In this document: piece after piece, positions 1-11,047 of the stretch
Layout of the letters: each line of letters opens with the position of its first letter
How positions within the stretch are numbered: the stretch's first letter is position 1
Virus record (IMG/VR): IMGVR_UViG_3300030207_001251
Location: 1-37,025 of that record
Reading direction: 5' to 3' (one strand)
Origin: a virus
Taxonomy: Duplodnaviria; Caudoviricetes
DNA: 37,025 nucleotides
Translations under genes and position numbers: made by a program
The notes under the pieces: generated by a model
Told to the model about the DNA's origin: nothing
Databases searched by the model: none
What the model saw: only the letters and a program-made list of their open reading frames with translations

Positions 1-1
1 A

Positions 2-99
2 GAGTGGTTTAATGAACGTGTCGCCGGAATCCCGAGTCCTCCGAGTGGATTGGTGCATCCGTCATTCAATGTAAACGTTCATGTGAGAGAAGTTGAGTA
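2..99. repeat. Terminal direct repeat, copy 1 (assembly overlap of a circular/circularly permuted genome)
   Basis: Bases 2-99 are identical to 36928-37025. The preceding base differs (A at 1, G at 36927), a synonymous GAA/GAG change in the terL frame. Confidence 0.95.
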
Positions 100-715
100 T
101 GACCCAGACGAGATTGTGTATCTTGCAGTTGACCCGGGGTACTCAAGGATGACCGAAAGTGCGTATGCCGTTGAGGTGTGCCACATAATCGATGGGCAGG
201 TGCAGGTATTTGACGAAATTTACGAGAGAGAATTGATTGCTTCCGACATTATCGAGGTAGCCAAGAAAAGATTTTGGTGGAATAACACGGATAAGTTTGG
301 CGTGATTGACGTTGCAGGAAATGCACACGCTGGAGCCATGCCATCAAACACTGAGATATGGTTCAAAGAAGCGAATATAATTATGCAAAGTCAGCCCGTA
401 AAGATTATTGACGGTATTGAGAGAATGAACAGTATGCTCAAGCCAGACCCAATAGACATGGAGCCCGGAATAGTCATTGACCCTACTTGCAAAGGACTGA
501 TTTCTGAACTTGGAGGAGGACCAAATCCGTTTGACGGACAGGTCAGAGTTTACAGTTGGCAGATGAACCGAGAAGGTGGGGTAGTTGGAAATGTTCCAAG
601 AGACAAGTATAATCATGCTGTAAAGGCATTAACTTATCTGATGGTAAATCAGTTTGGATATGCCGGTAATGAAAACTATTCAAGGGAGATTATCCCAGTG
701 ACGAGATTTAGATAA
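2..715 (+). CDS. terL: Terminase large subunit, C-terminal nuclease part (continues from 36232-37025)
   Basis: In frame with the ORF at the window end. RNase H-like motif YLAVDPG and C-terminal DKYNHAVKALTY; directly upstream of the portal. Confidence 0.9.
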   Translation, partial: EWFNERVAGIPSPPSGLVHPSFNVNVHVREVEYDPDEIVYLAVDPGYSRMTESAYAVEVCHIIDGQVQVFDEIYERELIASDIIEVAKKRFWWNNTDKFGVIDVAGNAHAGAMPSNTEIWFKEANIIMQSQPVKIIDGIERMNSMLKPDPIDMEPGIVIDPTCKGLISELGGGPNPFDGQVRVYSWQMNREGGVVGNVPRDKYNHAVKALTYLMVNQFGYAGNENYSREIIPVTRFR

Positions 716-2643
716 TGGCTAGAAAAACACAAGACGAAATAGTTGGCGATGTTTTAAATAAAATAGAAACACTATTTGACCAAGACCAACCTTTACATGA
801 CAGAATGGACATGGATTACTCCTCATGGAGATTAACTCACTTTGTCCCAGACGAAGAAGAAGGTGTCGACCCAGAAGATGCTTACACAACTAACTCACTA
901 AGAACATTAGCAGACAAGATAGAAAGTTTTATTTCTGGTTCTGAGCAAGTTGTAAGAGTGCACAATGATGCTGCAGACGAACAGAAACGTGCTGCAAATG
1001 ACAACTTAGAAAGATTAGTCATTGGAATGCACAGGCAAATAAACAAGAGATTGCAAAGAAAAGGTGAGCCTTTGCTTGTATCTCAGCTTGCTTGGTACTC
1101 TACGGTACGAGGTGGTAGGATAGCAGCGAGGTCACTGCTCAGAAAAAGACCAAACGGTGATACTTTTGCAGAGATAAAACCACTAGACCCAAGACATTTG
1201 GTTGTCCAGTACGGAGAAGAAGAACCAATCTTTGCAGCCTACAGAATGACTCAAACAAGGTCAGAGATAAGAGACACCTACAAGAATTTTAAATTTTACG
1301 ATGTAACGCTTGACGATGGTCACGAAGTAGAGTTTGTTTACGACTGTTACGAAAGACAGATTGTAAACGGTGAAGTCAAATACATGAACTATGTAATTAT
1401 TGATGACCATTATGCCAAGAAACCTGCAGACACTTTTGCAATGATGTTCCCGATATGTACTGTTCCTGTTGGGAGTGTACCCTTACTTGCTACATCTGAC
1501 ACAGGAATGCGACAGATTGATAGTATGGCAGACATTGAAGACCCAATTAAAGACTTCTCAGAATCAATTTTTGCTCCTAACAGGGACATCATTAAGTTTA
1601 AAAACAGAGTTTTCTCGTACAGGATGGCACTTGCTGCAAGAGCAGTAGACCAAGCCTACAAGGTTTCATCGTTAGACGGAACTAAGGCATTGGAAGACAA
1701 CCCGTCAAAGAAGGGGTCACAAATAAATGTGTCAACTCAAAACCAAGAAGACGTACAGCCACTACCGTTGTCACAATCACCAAGAGATGCAGACGTATTG
1801 CTTGGTGCAATTAATGACGATGAAGTAGACGGTGGATTACCACCACAGGCTTTTGGAATATTGCAAGCACCAATATCTGGTTATGCAATGAGACAGCTTG
1901 GAACTAACATAGAACAGAAAGTTATTCCAAGACTTACAGCAGTTCAGAACTTACTTGAGATGTCTTTTGAACATTTGATTATGATGTACGAAACTAAATC
2001 GTACAAGGCGTTGAATGTATCGGGTAAAACATACGCAAAGATGCCTTTTGATGGACCGATAAAACCAGATGACATAAAAAACCACGGTGATTTAACATTT
2101 ACTTTACTGCCTGCACTACCAGAAGATGATATGCAAAGATATTCAATTGCACAGATGGCAACTCAACCTACAGCAACTGGTGAGTCGCTTGTGTCAATGG
2201 ACTTTGCAAGAGATAGAATCTTAAGAATGCAAGATGCAGATTTAGAAAGACAAAGAATATACGAACAGATTGCAAGAACATCGACACCGATTATGCAGTT
2301 AGTTCAGCTTTACACTGCAGCAATGAAGAGTGGTGATGAGCAAATGGCTCAACATTACTTGCAAGAAATTAAAATTGCTGAAGAACAAAAACAGATGCAG
2401 GAACTTGCACAACGTATGACATTTATGCAACAATATGGACAGATGCAGCAACCAATGGCACCCCCTCAGCAGGGAGCCCCTACATCGAATGGAGTAAGAC
2501 CAGAGGTCATGCCTAATGCAGCCATGGGAGGCATACCGAATACTCCATCACCTAACCAAGGCAATAACACGGCAGCACCCAGACCCGGAGCCCAAAGTGA
2601 AAGAACTCAATTACTTAGAAGTATAGGATTAGAAGAAGAATGA
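715..2643 (+). CDS. Portal (head-tail connector) protein
   Basis: 642 aa, follows terL with a TAATG stop/start overlap; helical, with a Q/M/P-rich C-terminal tail typical of podovirus-type portals. Confidence 0.8.
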   Translation: MARKTQDEIVGDVLNKIETLFDQDQPLHDRMDMDYSSWRLTHFVPDEEEGVDPEDAYTTNSLRTLADKIESFISGSEQVVRVHNDAADEQKRAANDNLERLVIGMHRQINKRLQRKGEPLLVSQLAWYSTVRGGRIAARSLLRKRPNGDTFAEIKPLDPRHLVVQYGEEEPIFAAYRMTQTRSEIRDTYKNFKFYDVTLDDGHEVEFVYDCYERQIVNGEVKYMNYVIIDDHYAKKPADTFAMMFPICTVPVGSVPLLATSDTGMRQIDSMADIEDPIKDFSESIFAPNRDIIKFKNRVFSYRMALAARAVDQAYKVSSLDGTKALEDNPSKKGSQINVSTQNQEDVQPLPLSQSPRDADVLLGAINDDEVDGGLPPQAFGILQAPISGYAMRQLGTNIEQKVIPRLTAVQNLLEMSFEHLIMMYETKSYKALNVSGKTYAKMPFDGPIKPDDIKNHGDLTFTLLPALPEDDMQRYSIAQMATQPTATGESLVSMDFARDRILRMQDADLERQRIYEQIARTSTPIMQLVQLYTAAMKSGDEQMAQHYLQEIKIAEEQKQMQELAQRMTFMQQYGQMQQPMAPPQQGAPTSNGVRPEVMPNAAMGGIPNTPSPNQGNNTAAPRPGAQSERTQLLRSIGLEEE

Positions 2644-3428
2644 GATTTTACCCGATAACAATAAGAACCCCTCAAGGGACAACTCAAACCTTTTTTGTTC
2701 GTGCTGGTTCTGAAGCTGAAGCAAGGTCTGAAGCTGAAAGATTGTATGGTGGACAACTAGGTACTGGAGAAAACCAAACTCAAATCGTAACGATTGGAGA
2801 CCCACAAGATGAAATACCAACCGGTCAAACCGGTAGAGGTCCACTTGGAATCATGGAACCCGGTGGTGATGTAACAAGATTAGGTGCAGATATTGGTGGA
2901 ATACCTGAAGAAAGCATCCGTGGTGAAAGTGGAATGTTTCAAAGAGCATTCAATGAGTTGTTTCCAAATGTGCCTACAGCATTTAACAGAACAATAAGAG
3001 GTCAATTTTTTTCTCCACTTTTAGCAGTTGGTGATGTAGCATCAGCATTAGGGAGAGGTTTTGGTGGTTCAATAGGAGCACTTCGTAATGTTGGACCAGA
3101 AAACGTTTATAGTACAGCAAGAAATTTATTTTCTGAATTAGTGCCTTTATCAAGAGACCCTAACCAAGGTCAGTTTAGTGAAGATATAAGAAACTTGGTT
3201 AATCCACAAGTTACTGTAGATGATGCTGGTAGATTTACACTAGGTGCTGGTGCACAACAAGCATTTAATCTTGCAAGAGCAGGTGCAGCAGATAGGCTTG
3301 GTAGATTTACTGCTGGTAGACTTGTTCCGGGTAATTTTAATCAAATACAAGATGAATTTGCTGCTTCTGATTTACTACCACAACAAGGTGGATATTTACA
3401 ATTCTTACAAAATAGATTTGGACTTTAG
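2640..3428 (+). CDS. Hypothetical protein, possible internal virion protein
   Basis: 262-aa Gly-rich ORF overlapping the portal stop; function inferred from position only. Confidence 0.55.
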   Translation: MRFYPITIRTPQGTTQTFFVRAGSEAEARSEAERLYGGQLGTGENQTQIVTIGDPQDEIPTGQTGRGPLGIMEPGGDVTRLGADIGGIPEESIRGESGMFQRAFNELFPNVPTAFNRTIRGQFFSPLLAVGDVASALGRGFGGSIGALRNVGPENVYSTARNLFSELVPLSRDPNQGQFSEDIRNLVNPQVTVDDAGRFTLGAGAQQAFNLARAGAADRLGRFTAGRLVPGNFNQIQDEFAASDLLPQQGGYLQFLQNRFGL

Positions 3429-3438
3429 GAGGCTGTAA

Positions 3439-3756
3439 ATGGTAATGGGACAAAACCCATTTAGTGATTTCTTTGAGAAAGATGCTTTCGGAAGACAAGC
3501 TGCTTTTGGTGGTATGTTGCCAATGGGTGGCACATTTAATCAAGAAAACTTTTTTAGAAATCTTTACAAACCTGTATTTACAGATTACTTAGGTGCTGTT
3601 GGTAGAGCAGGTATGCAAGGAACTAAACCACCAGACTTTACAGAGTTCTTACAAGGAATAGATTTTAGTCAAAGATTTAGAGATGCACCCATGAGTGTTA
3701 CAGGAACAGGTACCAGAGGTATTACATCTCAGGGTAGATTCTTCTATGGAAGGTAA
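3439..3756 (+). CDS. Hypothetical protein, possible internal virion protein
   Basis: 105 aa, AGGAGG RBS upstream, F/G-rich. Confidence 0.6.
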   Translation: MVMGQNPFSDFFEKDAFGRQAAFGGMLPMGGTFNQENFFRNLYKPVFTDYLGAVGRAGMQGTKPPDFTEFLQGIDFSQRFRDAPMSVTGTGTRGITSQGRFFYGR

Positions 3757-3758
3757 GA

Positions 3759-6700
3759 ATGACATTTCAAAACTTTCAACAAGAAGACGAGTATCTAAAT
3801 AGAGTTGCAAAAGAGGCTATTGGTCCAGATGTAAAAGTAAAAGATTCCGGATTATTTAGACAATTTATTAATTTTGTTGGCGATACTTATGGTTCTTTTA
3901 CAGGAGGAATCACCCGGCAAAACCAACCTTTAGATGATGGTTCTAAAGAATTTATTGGTCCGGGTGGATACATTGACCCACAAGTTACAGGCGAAAGATT
4001 TAGAGAAACTGGAGCAGCACTTGCATCATTATTATCAAGAGGCACATTAGGTGATGAAATATTTGGTGTTCCAGTTGAAATGGGTAATTTATTTCAAGGT
4101 CCAATAGATGTTCAGGATGCAAGAGATTTTGGTGCTAAGTTTGGCACTGAAATACCAGAGGCTATACCTTTTGTTGGTGGGCAAACACCAGCAGAACTTG
4201 CATTTGGAACTGGAGCAAGTCTTCTTAATTTACCAGACATAGCATTGACAGGATTAACTGCAGGTGCAGGACCAACAATATTAAGAAGTCTTGGAGGCAC
4301 AGGTGCAGGAAGCAGAATTGCAAGAACATTTTTAGAACCTGTTGCAGGTGGACCATTTCAAAGAAGATTAGCAGCAGAAACTGCAATTCAAGCACCAACA
4401 CTGGCAACAATATCAGGTACAGAACAAAGACAACTAGAAGGTATTGCACAACCATTTGAAAATACATTTTCTGCTTTAGCAGCAGGTGTTATACCAACTG
4501 CAGGAGGTGTTGCTGCACTAAGTAGACGAAATCTTAATCCAAGAATTTTTCCTGAACCCCCAGTTGAAGCACCAAGTGTTTTGAGGCAACAACAATTAGA
4601 AGGTGAACCAAGAGAAGAATTTTTAAGAGAAAGTTTATTTCCTGACTTTACAACTGCACCAAGTGCACAAACTCGACAAATATTTATATCGCCAAATGTT
4701 GAAGGCACAACAAGGCAACCTGCAACAAGATTATTTCCACAACAATTTGTAGACCAAAGTAATCAATTAAAAACAACACTTGAAAATGAAGGTGCTACAG
4801 CAAGAAACGAAGTATATACGAAATTATCAGCATTAAATGCAAATGCTGCACAATTCTTAAGTGAGCAAAATAGAAACTTACAAAACTTAGAACTCGGTTA
4901 CTCTCCTGCAAATTTTAGAATGTCTATTGGTAGTTATTTTGGAACACCAGAACCAAGTATAAGAACAACAATTGAAAACCCAGCAAACTCTGAATTGTCT
5001 GTTGCAAGAATAGTTGACATAGGTGACAAAGACCTTAAACAAGATGCAATAATTATTGTTGATAATATAACTTCATCAGAATTACAACCAAGAACAGTAA
5101 CAGACAGATTTGGCACAGAAATATTTTCAGAAAGAGATAATTTAAGAAATCTTACTTTTGGTGAAACAATTGAGCCCGGTGTCACAAGAGATATAGCTTT
5201 TAGAATAAACTTTTCAGGCAGATTAAATGATGAAGATATTGCAGCAATTGATGCTTTAGCAAGACAGTTTGAATTGCCCGGATTTAGTGTCGGTGCAAAC
5301 TATCAAAGTATTGACTACAACACTTTAAGAGCATATAATCCAGACTATATTAATGAAATAAGAAAATTGGAGGAATTTGGACAAGAAATCAATAACTACT
5401 TTCGGAGACTTGGAAGACCTATTCTTGGAACTGAGGAATTCTCGCCGACAAAAGCAAGGCTTATCTCCAGAGAACCGTCAGATTTTAGTCAGTCGTACAC
5501 CGAGTACAGAAATAACAATGCTAACAGGCTTGAGCAAATCCTCGAAAGCCAAGGAATCAAACAAGGACTAAATCAAGACGGCTCAATAGACTTTGAAGCC
5601 ATTAGACTTGCACGACCACAAACCCCTGAACAATTAGCACAACCAATTGATTTGGGTGCATTTGGGCAAAATCAAAGAAAATTAATCGTTGGTGGTGATG
5701 GCACGGATATCCCTGAAGATATATTTAAAAACTTACCAAAGAATTTAATTGATGATAAAGAATTTGTATTTAGACTTCAATATGTTACCGATGCAGAAAA
5801 AGAGTTCTTACGACCATTCTTAGATAGAGCAAATGCTCGTGCAAGAAGAGGTGAGGCAAGAGTTCTTACTGAAAGTGAGATTGGTTTTGTTAAGAGAAGA
5901 TTTCTAGCAAGAACAAACAGCAGAATCAATGAAGACTTTAGACCATGGGAAACTGGCAACGTACAACCCGAAAGAAGAGTAACACCACAAGAGATTGGTA
6001 ACTTCTTACAAGATGTTGCAATGTTTATACCAAACACAATTGCTAGAACTAGATTTCTTGAGTCATTTGTAAAACTAGCAGACAGAGTTCCTAAACTTAC
6101 TGACATAGATATTAAAAGACTAAGAAGGTTCTTTGGTAAAGACAATAAAATGGTTGATGGGGCAGAACAAATAGTAAATGACCCACGAGCAGCAAAACCA
6201 AAGATAGATAGAGGTCTATGGAATAACTCAGTGTTTCTTGCAAAAGCAATTAGAGGTACATTAGATTTTGGTGCAGTTCTAAGACAAAACGCAATATATA
6301 CAGTATCAAGACCATTTACTACTGCTAAGTCTTTTGGGCAAGCATTAAAAGCAGCTTTGAGTGACGATGCAGTTTTAAGAAACGAGCAACTACTTGAGCA
6401 AAACCCAAACTATAATAAGTTAATTGAGTCTGGAATGCGTTGGAACAAGACCGGACAAGATGTTGCTGCTGATAGAAGAGCAGAAGCATTCATGTCAGAC
6501 TTTATTGAAAAGCTACCAAAGGCATCAGTTATTGGACCTATACTTAGAGCATCTGCTAGATTCCATACACACTTTTTAAATAACATGAGGTTTAATGTAG
6601 CAAACCAAATGTTAAGTCAAAGACGACTTAGAAAAGCAACATCACAAGCAGAGATTGATGATTTATACAGACAAGTTTCAGAAATAGTAAATATCTTTAC

Positions 6701-8036
6701 TGGAGAAGCTGATTTAAAAACAATACCAATAGCAGGTAAAAAGAAAGTTATTAGAGATGTAATGTATCAAACAATGTGGGCACCAAGGCTTTGGTGGTCA
6801 AGAATATATTTACCAATATCAATATTAAAAAACCCAATCGTTAGAAATGAAGCAGCACTTGACTTAGCAAAATTTATTGCTGTAGGTGGAGGTATATTAA
6901 CACTTGCAAACATGGACCCAGATATAAGAGTAAATTATCGTAAAGGTGAGATAGCATTTGAAGATGGAACTAAATTTAAAATATGGGGTGGATTTGAACA
7001 ATTTATAAACTATGCTTTTGATTTAGCAAGAGACTACAAAACAAGTAGCACTGGTACTTACTATAAAGTTGGTGACATGGGCAATCTTGCAAATAGATGG
7101 TGGAAACAAACATCACAATATATGAGAGGTAAAGCAAACCCTGTCTTAGGAGAATTAATTGACCATATATCTGGAGAAGATTTTTTTGGTGAAGATGCTT
7201 ATGACAGATATAAAATTGAAAACTGGAAATCAATTAGTTCAAAAAACCCTGCAATACAATCATTAGCACCGTTAGTTCTTGCTGAGATAGTTGAACTTAT
7301 TGAAAATACAGATGACCCATACATGATAGCAACTGGTGCTGCAGGTGCTATGTTTGGTGTAAACGTTAACTCATACACAAACAAAGAAGATGCAGCGTTA
7401 GATGTTTATAACAAAAGATATGTTGAGTTAGAACCTTTTGAACAAAGAGTAACAAATTTACATTATTATGCAGAAGATACAACTAGGTCTGTTCCTGAAA
7501 GCTATAAATCTTTAAGTAATATGCAAGTAAAAATGAAAGCAATCTTTGGTACTTACAATAATAATAGTGACAGAATTAGAGCATACTATGATGCAAAAGC
7601 AGAGTCTTCTAAGGAAAGAAGAGCAATCGCACAAGAAGAAGGTTTTGATTATGACGACCCGTTTTACAAGAATCAAATAAGAAATGCAGGTACTGATGCT
7701 GAACGAGCAGCACTTGAAACTTATTACTCATTGATGGAGCAGACTACTACAGAAGATGGACTGTTTCTTTATGATGATTTTAACAGAGCAAGAGATACAT
7801 TTTTGAGAGGACTGACAAAAGCAGAAAGGTCATACATATCACGAAATACTAATTTTCATGCTGAAACAATACCTCAAGAACTATTTAGAATACTCCCCGG
7901 CAGTGAAAGAAAAAAACTATTAGATTCAATCAATGAACGTGCAAAATTAGACAGATTAACCTTGCAACCAATTGACCAACAAATAAAAGATAGTTTTGAA
8001 TCTCTGGCAGATAAGATTGAAAGCCAAGAAGATTAG
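3759..8036 (+). CDS. Large putative internal virion / DNA ejection protein
   Basis: 1425-aa ORF with G/A-rich hydrophobic segments and a helical C-terminal half, resembling podovirus ejection proteins; no catalytic motif recognised. Confidence 0.55.
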   Translation: MTFQNFQQEDEYLNRVAKEAIGPDVKVKDSGLFRQFINFVGDTYGSFTGGITRQNQPLDDGSKEFIGPGGYIDPQVTGERFRETGAALASLLSRGTLGDEIFGVPVEMGNLFQGPIDVQDARDFGAKFGTEIPEAIPFVGGQTPAELAFGTGASLLNLPDIALTGLTAGAGPTILRSLGGTGAGSRIARTFLEPVAGGPFQRRLAAETAIQAPTLATISGTEQRQLEGIAQPFENTFSALAAGVIPTAGGVAALSRRNLNPRIFPEPPVEAPSVLRQQQLEGEPREEFLRESLFPDFTTAPSAQTRQIFISPNVEGTTRQPATRLFPQQFVDQSNQLKTTLENEGATARNEVYTKLSALNANAAQFLSEQNRNLQNLELGYSPANFRMSIGSYFGTPEPSIRTTIENPANSELSVARIVDIGDKDLKQDAIIIVDNITSSELQPRTVTDRFGTEIFSERDNLRNLTFGETIEPGVTRDIAFRINFSGRLNDEDIAAIDALARQFELPGFSVGANYQSIDYNTLRAYNPDYINEIRKLEEFGQEINNYFRRLGRPILGTEEFSPTKARLISREPSDFSQSYTEYRNNNANRLEQILESQGIKQGLNQDGSIDFEAIRLARPQTPEQLAQPIDLGAFGQNQRKLIVGGDGTDIPEDIFKNLPKNLIDDKEFVFRLQYVTDAEKEFLRPFLDRANARARRGEARVLTESEIGFVKRRFLARTNSRINEDFRPWETGNVQPERRVTPQEIGNFLQDVAMFIPNTIARTRFLESFVKLADRVPKLTDIDIKRLRRFFGKDNKMVDGAEQIVNDPRAAKPKIDRGLWNNSVFLAKAIRGTLDFGAVLRQNAIYTVSRPFTTAKSFGQALKAALSDDAVLRNEQLLEQNPNYNKLIESGMRWNKTGQDVAADRRAEAFMSDFIEKLPKASVIGPILRASARFHTHFLNNMRFNVANQMLSQRRLRKATSQAEIDDLYRQVSEIVNIFTGEADLKTIPIAGKKKVIRDVMYQTMWAPRLWWSRIYLPISILKNPIVRNEAALDLAKFIAVGGGILTLANMDPDIRVNYRKGEIAFEDGTKFKIWGGFEQFINYAFDLARDYKTSSTGTYYKVGDMGNLANRWWKQTSQYMRGKANPVLGELIDHISGEDFFGEDAYDRYKIENWKSISSKNPAIQSLAPLVLAEIVELIENTDDPYMIATGAAGAMFGVNVNSYTNKEDAALDVYNKRYVELEPFEQRVTNLHYYAEDTTRSVPESYKSLSNMQVKMKAIFGTYNNNSDRIRAYYDAKAESSKERRAIAQEEGFDYDDPFYKNQIRNAGTDAERAALETYYSLMEQTTTEDGLFLYDDFNRARDTFLRGLTKAERSYISRNTNFHAETIPQELFRILPGSERKKLLDSINERAKLDRLTLQPIDQQIKDSFESLADKIESQED

Positions 8037-8076
8037 ATATACAATGTAACCAAAATTAAATATTTTAGGAGTTGTA

Positions 8077-8970
8077 ATGGTAACAGACAAACAACCTGAG
8101 AATTCAACATCTCCTGACTCGCAGCCAGAAATTTCTGAGCCTGCTGAAACTACTTCAGGCGTTGTAGACAATACTGACCCTGCTGTGAACGAACAACTAC
8201 AGCAACAAGGATTGATACAAAATGGAGCAGAGCAAGCAGAACCTACAGGAACTTCAGAGCCCGAATCAGTCGGTGCAGAACTACCTCAAAGCGTTGAGCC
8301 AACAACGAGTGTTGAAGACTCTCGTTCTTATTCGCAAGATGAATGGAGGAAAGCACAATCATCTTACGATAAACAAATAGCAGACTTGCAAAAGTCCCAA
8401 CAGGACTTGCAGGCACAATTGCAACTGAGTCAATCAGAAGCAACGATAGAAGCTAAGAGAAGAGAACTTCAACAGCAGTATGAGATGCAAGGATATGCTC
8501 CTGAGCAGGCACAACAACTTTCTACACAAGCTGCATCACAAGAGAGGCAAATGCTTCAGATACAGCAGGAGAAAGATAGACTGCTTGCACAACAGCAGCA
8601 ATTATCTCAATCATCAGAACATACTGCAAAGGTAGCAACGGCAAGGCAATTGCTTTTGGAGAAGGGCATTAAGCCCGAACAGAAAGTAGGCAAGAGCACA
8701 GCTTATGATGTGTTAATGTCAACTGTCGACCCAACTGCAATGCAGTCAATGGCTGAAAGTATTGCTGACTTAACAGTCCAGCAGCAACGTGTACTTGATG
8801 CACAGCAGAGCAAGGTACCGAGTACGGGACCTTCGCAGGAACTTCAGTCAGGACAGCCTTCGCCTGCAGCACCATTAAATGAGAAAACTTTAATGGAACG
8901 CTACTTAGCAGGTGACAATGACCCGAAGGTTATTGAATATGCAAGAAGAGTAGCTTCCGGTGACATATAG
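8077..8970 (+). CDS. Capsid scaffolding protein
   Basis: Acidic disordered N-terminus, Q/E-rich coiled coil, directly upstream of the major capsid gene; AGGAG RBS. Confidence 0.75.
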   Translation: MVTDKQPENSTSPDSQPEISEPAETTSGVVDNTDPAVNEQLQQQGLIQNGAEQAEPTGTSEPESVGAELPQSVEPTTSVEDSRSYSQDEWRKAQSSYDKQIADLQKSQQDLQAQLQLSQSEATIEAKRRELQQQYEMQGYAPEQAQQLSTQAASQERQMLQIQQEKDRLLAQQQQLSQSSEHTAKVATARQLLLEKGIKPEQKVGKSTAYDVLMSTVDPTAMQSMAESIADLTVQQQRVLDAQQSKVPSTGPSQELQSGQPSPAAPLNEKTLMERYLAGDNDPKVIEYARRVASGDI

Positions 8971-8983
8971 GAGATAAACGAAT

Positions 8984-9856
8984 ATGGCAACCACAGCAAC
9001 TACTGGGAATTTAGAAAATGCCCAGAACATAATAATTACTGCTGCTAGGTTTACTGAAGAGCACAATGCTCCTGCTATGGCTTTGATTGAGCAAATGAAT
9101 TTGCCAAAAGGGGCTAAACAGGTAACTGTGCCAAAAGTAGGTCAAATGACTATTTCTGATTTACAAGACGGATTCGACATTGTTGATGACGAAGAAATCG
9201 GAATGACAACTGTAGACCTCACTGCTTCAGAAGTCGGAGCAAAAGTAGTTTTGACAGATAAATTAATCAGGCAATCTGCAAACAACATTTTTTCAATTGT
9301 AGGTAGACAGCTTGGTGATGCAATGGCAAGAAAAAAGGACACTGATGTCCACGCATTGTACTCAGGATTAAACGGTGGTACTACTTTTGGTGCTGCTGGT
9401 GCAACAATGAGTCTTGCAAACATAGCAGGTGCAATCGCAAATGCTAAAGGACAAAAGTTTGGTTCGCAGATTTACATCTTGCAACACCCTTTTGCAACCT
9501 TTGACATTGCTAACACAGCAGTAACAGCAACAGGTGCAGCAGCCGGTATTCCGGATGGATTTGCAACTGACTTGTTAAATAACTTCTTCTCAAACATTAG
9601 ACCACTTAACGGTGTTCCAATCTTTGAAGATGGTAACTTGTCAGTTGACTCATCTGATGATGCAGTTGGAGTTATTGCAGACAAATCAGCACTAGGTGTA
9701 CTTAAATCAGTAGACACTAGAACTGAAAGACAAAGAGATGCTTCAATGAGAGCAACTGAAATTATAATTACAGCAGACTACGGTGTGTTTGAAATTGATG
9801 ATTCAAAGGGTGCACCTTTGACATTTGATGCTTCAGCCCCTGCATCTGGTGCGTAA
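8984..9856 (+). CDS. Major capsid protein (HK97 fold)
   Basis: 290 aa after the scaffold; E-loop-like VTVPKVG, spine helix GRQLGDAMARKKD, LNGVPIFED and terminal ADYGVFEI patterns. Confidence 0.85.
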   Translation: MATTATTGNLENAQNIIITAARFTEEHNAPAMALIEQMNLPKGAKQVTVPKVGQMTISDLQDGFDIVDDEEIGMTTVDLTASEVGAKVVLTDKLIRQSANNIFSIVGRQLGDAMARKKDTDVHALYSGLNGGTTFGAAGATMSLANIAGAIANAKGQKFGSQIYILQHPFATFDIANTAVTATGAAAGIPDGFATDLLNNFFSNIRPLNGVPIFEDGNLSVDSSDDAVGVIADKSALGVLKSVDTRTERQRDASMRATEIIITADYGVFEIDDSKGAPLTFDASAPASGA

Positions 9857-9871
9857 ACATTAGGAGAATAG

Positions 9872-10258
9872 ATGGATACTAGAGAACGTGCAGAAAAGAG
9901 ACAAGAGTTAATAGCTTCGGGCTATGCTTGGGACATGATTGATAACTGGCAATCTAAAACAGATTTGTTCTGGCACATCGATAAAAAGAATGCTACTGGA
10001 GGAATAGGTTTTAAAAAAGGCACAGTGATTAAGAATGTACCGGGGACACCTGACTACTTACTTAAGATGGCTCGTAAAGGTGCGTACTCCTATCCACCTA
10101 CTACTAATTGTGAATGCAATCATTGTAGTTACGAAAGAAAAAAAGAAGAGGCAGTGGATGTAACCATTGACCGAGTTCCTGCCTCTTCTTCAAATAAACA
10201 AATATCGGTTGATGACGGGGTGTATAATAAACCCGAGGAAAAACAGGAGATAATATAA
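9872..10258 (+). CDS. Hypothetical protein (CxCxxC motif)
   Basis: 128 aa, AGGAG RBS, within the capsid operon. Confidence 0.65.
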   Translation: MDTRERAEKRQELIASGYAWDMIDNWQSKTDLFWHIDKKNATGGIGFKKGTVIKNVPGTPDYLLKMARKGAYSYPPTTNCECNHCSYERKKEEAVDVTIDRVPASSSNKQISVDDGVYNKPEEKQEII

Positions 10259-10989
10259 TGTCATTTCCACAAACAATTATGGGTAAACCGGGATGGGAGA
10301 AGCAAACTTCTACATCTCAAAAACATAAATTAGGAACACCAATGCAAGTTGGTGAAAGAACCTTTAGATACGTTGAAGCTGGTGAAGCTATCGTTGCTGG
10401 AAACCTTACTATGGGTAAAGCAGGAACAGCAGCACACCAAGTTGACTTGGCTGTTGAAGCAGCATCAGTAGGTGATACAACTATCACACTATCTGGTTCG
10501 CTTACAATAACTGAAGACTTATACAAAGATGGATACTTAATCTTCAATGACGTTGGAGAAGAAGGTCATTTTTACAAAGTAAAAGGTAACACTGCTGTAT
10601 CTTCAGCAACAGGTTGTGTAGTTACAATCGATGAAGAAGATGGTCTAGTAACTGCGATTACTACATCACAGCAAGTAGGACTTTACGAAAATCCTTACAA
10701 GGATATAGAAAAACATGATGGTAGCGATATTGACCACGCACCACTCGGATGGACTTGTGTTGACATAGCATCAGGTTCATACGGTTGGATTTGCGTAAGT
10801 GGATTCACTGCTGCATTAATTGAAGGAACTCCGGGAGCAGGATTACCATTAGTTGCATCTAACAGTGCAGATGGTTCTGTTGAAATCTTAGATTCTGATG
10901 ATGATGCAGAAGGAACTATCGTTGCATACATGGGTCCAATCGCTGGTGTTAACGGTGAGTACGGACTTATCAAAGCAAACTTAGAATAA
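10258..10989 (+). CDS. Putative capsid decoration/cement protein
   Basis: 243 aa, beta-rich and small-residue-rich (FRYVEAG, YGWICVSG), just after the capsid gene and before a terminator. Confidence 0.55.
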   Translation: MSFPQTIMGKPGWEKQTSTSQKHKLGTPMQVGERTFRYVEAGEAIVAGNLTMGKAGTAAHQVDLAVEAASVGDTTITLSGSLTITEDLYKDGYLIFNDVGEEGHFYKVKGNTAVSSATGCVVTIDEEDGLVTAITTSQQVGLYENPYKDIEKHDGSDIDHAPLGWTCVDIASGSYGWICVSGFTAALIEGTPGAGLPLVASNSADGSVEILDSDDDAEGTIVAYMGPIAGVNGEYGLIKANLE

Positions 10990-11002
10990 CATCTAATGGC
11001 AT

Positions 11003-11043
11003 AAGTGGGAGGATTGTTTCCTTTCGGTTCTCCCACTTTCTTA
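11003..11043 (+). terminator. Putative intrinsic terminator after the capsid genes
   Basis: Inverted repeat AAGTGGGAG ... CTCCCACTT followed by a T-rich run. Confidence 0.6.
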
Positions 11044-11047
11044 AATT

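Noticed and set aside
1-99. Terminal repeat as a biological DTR
   Set aside because: It lies inside terL and its length fits an assembler k-mer overlap.
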